From Neodothiora populina (taxonomy: Eukaryota): a stretch of DNA of 64,000 nucleotides. Shown here piece by piece: positions 61,923-64,000 of the stretch; position 1 is the stretch's first letter; each line of letters opens with the position of its first letter. Both the position numbers and the translations under genes were made by a program. The notes under the pieces were generated by a model that made no database searches, was not told the DNA's origin, and saw nothing but the letters and a program-made list of their open reading frames with translations. The stretch covers positions 2,480,001 through 2,544,000 of the forward strand of contig NW_027191413.1 in assembly GCF_041146345.1 (NCBI RefSeq), in the 5' to 3' direction.

Positions 61923-63262
61923 ATGCCCATCCCAGATCTCCCCCAACCCGCACACCCAGCGCTCGATTCGATGTTGAGCAGGAAATTCGGCAAGGAAGTA
62001 GCCAACTACTTTGCCGGTATGTTTTTTGTTTCATCTCTATTTCTATGCGATCAATCATACTGAATGCCTGACCAGGCTCGCCCCTCAATCGCTTTGGTTT
62101 CCTCAGAGGCGATAGTGGATTCCTTTCGTCCGCCCTCAGGCATCCTTCCACCTTGATATTACCTCTCAGGGATCTCTCCCCTCTGATCAAAGACAAGACT
62201 GCTCTTGAATTTGTCAAGTATAGAGATGTCGAGCCCATCATCGGAGATGCTTACCAGCAGCCCGAAGACGAAATGGTGGGACAGTACAACTCCACCAAGC
62301 ACATACCGCAAATGATCTTTCTGGGCCTGGATGAGTCCGTCAAAGATGCTTTCAAGTACGAACACAAGGGATCCTCGATCAATGGAGCTCCCTACTTCGC
62401 ATTGGACGTCACGCCGCGAGACAGCGTCAAGGACGCATGTGAGGACCTTCTCAAGAACCTAGAGCAAAAGGGCCTCTCCTTCGCTCCCGGTCGCGCAATG
62501 GACCTCGTCGCAGGCCACGCAGCAATCTACGCCGAGGCCCGCCAACTCCTCGACTGGAACCTCCGCAACCCCTTCTGCGCACAATGTGGCCACCCGACCC
62601 TCTCCATCAACGGCGGCTTCAAACGCGTCTGCCCCCCGACCGACCTCGCAGACCTGCCCTCCTCAGCACAAGTGACGACCTCCCAGTCCGCCGACCCGAA
62701 CATCACCGCGCGCCCACCCTGCGCAACGCGCAAAGGCGTCTCCAACATCTCCTTCCCGCGTACCGACCCCACCATCATCGTGGCCATCGTCAACCACGCC
62801 AACACGCACATCCTGCTCGGGCGCCAGAAGCGCTGGCCGCAGTACTGGTACTCGACGCTAGCAGGCTTCTGCGAGCCCGCCGAGAGCATCGAGGAAGCCA
62901 CGCGCCGCGAGGCATGGGAAGAGGCAGGCGTGCACATCGGCCGCGTCGTCATCCACTCGACCCAGCCGTGGCCGTACCCCGCGAACCTCATGATCGGCGC
63001 CATCGGCCAGAGCGTGCCCGGCGACGGCGAGGAGATCGACCTGGGCAATGATCCTGAGCTCGAGGACGCAAAGTGGTTCTCATTCGACGAGGTCAAGGAT
63101 GCGCTCAAGACGGGCACGTCGGCGCTGGGCGAGGATGCGGGTCCGGGGTACAAGGAGGGCTCGTTGCGCCTGCCTCCGTCCACGGCTATTGCTAACCAGC
63201 TCATGACGGCTGTCATCAACGGCTTCTTGGACCCGCAGCCGGGACGGTCGTCGAACATTTAG
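61923..63262 (+). CDS. NPY1: NADH pyrophosphatase / NAD-cap decapping Nudix hydrolase (NudC family), 2 exons
   Basis: NYFA|GSPLNR, FCAQCG…RVCP…PC zinc motif, FPRTDP, Nudix box GFCEPAESIEEATRREAWEEAGV, TQPWPYPANLMIG. Intron 62017-62075. Confidence 0.95.
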
Positions 63263-64000
63263 ATGGCTGTTTTTTTTGTACTTCTATACTCTCTGAACAG
63301 CCAGTCGTATACATATACGCTCAAGAACACAAGCGCAGACATTGTCAGTTGGAATAGATTAATCCACTTTGGCTAGATATCTATTACAGAACGAAGATCC
63401 AAGACCCATCGTTCTTTTTTCCAACTTCTAGTCTTTTCTGAGTGCGCTGGATGGAAAGTGAAACAAAACAGAATAAGTGAAACAAGCGATTCAAGATTTC
63501 GAAGACGAAGACCAAAACCTCCCCAGACATCCAGCCTGGCTTACCTAGGCAGCCATGTGACCACCGTTATTGCTCAGCTCACTACCATCAACACATGTTA
63601 TGCATGGAACAACAGATTACGAAAAGCACGAGAAACCTCCAAGCAGGAAGGTAACGTTATATATATCCCAACAACCGAGCAAGTTTCAGAAATGCGTCTG
63701 GACTAACATCTGTCCCTCTGTGCCTTGGGCTGGGACCATAGACATGTATATATGCCTGTGCATAGATCTCGAATGTATATATACAGATATATACAGCTCT
63801 ATAAATGTCCGACTGTCGTACGATATGTGCAAAGCAAGCCCCCTCGCAAGCAAGCAGATAAGCCCCCTTGCAAGCATGCAACAGCCAAAAAAAGGCAAGA
63901 AAGGTATCTATAGCAATCAACCCAGTCGCGCAGCGACCCTCCTCTCTTTCCTCTTTTTCCCAACTCCCAAGCACTCTCAAACACGGAAACAGCGAAAAGC

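Noticed and set aside
5111..63262. TGA-CTA readthrough to cryptic peroxisomal isoforms
   Set aside because: The stop contexts I checked (PPCDC, GRX5, MET6, POP1, kinase, aldolase, P450, FAL1, NPY1) lack the TGA CTA motif.
1..64000. CRISPR arrays, tRNA/rRNA genes, transposases, secondary-metabolite cluster
   Set aside because: No repeat-spacer arrays, cloverleafs, transposase/RT motifs or PKS/NRPS domains seen; the P450 and aldolase are isolated among housekeeping genes.

Overview
Gene-dense, intron-rich DNA from a filamentous ascomycete (Pezizomycotina; it may be a Eurotiomycete/Chaetothyriales, but I cannot fix taxonomy from sequence alone). I can model about 27 protein-coding genes, mostly housekeeping: SMN, SERF/4F5, PPCDC, GRX5, MET6, RPS30, FMP46-like, an mtfA-like C2H2 factor, POP1, an LRR protein, RPL13, ethanolamine kinase, HpcH aldolase, a CHORD protein, CK2-beta, a P450, MRPL1, eIF4A-III, SF3A3/PRP9, COG2 and NPY1. 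I found no tRNA, rRNA, CRISPR array or recognisable transposon. The interesting signals are post-transcriptional: (1) a ~1190-codon minus-strand gene (10604-7032) broken by one in-frame UAG in a hairpin loop with a fungal A-to-I editing-type context, a candidate for stop-codon correction or readthrough; (2) an intron in the eIF4A-III 3'UTR, a candidate EJC/NMD autoregulation element; (3) a long, possibly switchable stem-loop in RPL13 intron 1; (4) SMN and SERF as neighbours, as at the human SMA locus; (5) a 15-nt microexon, a GC-AG intron, a GAG acceptor and a possible poison exon; (6) an LRR protein with about 8 SxIP-like EB1-binding motifs. Gene models and base-pairings were read by eye; no alignment or folding program was run.
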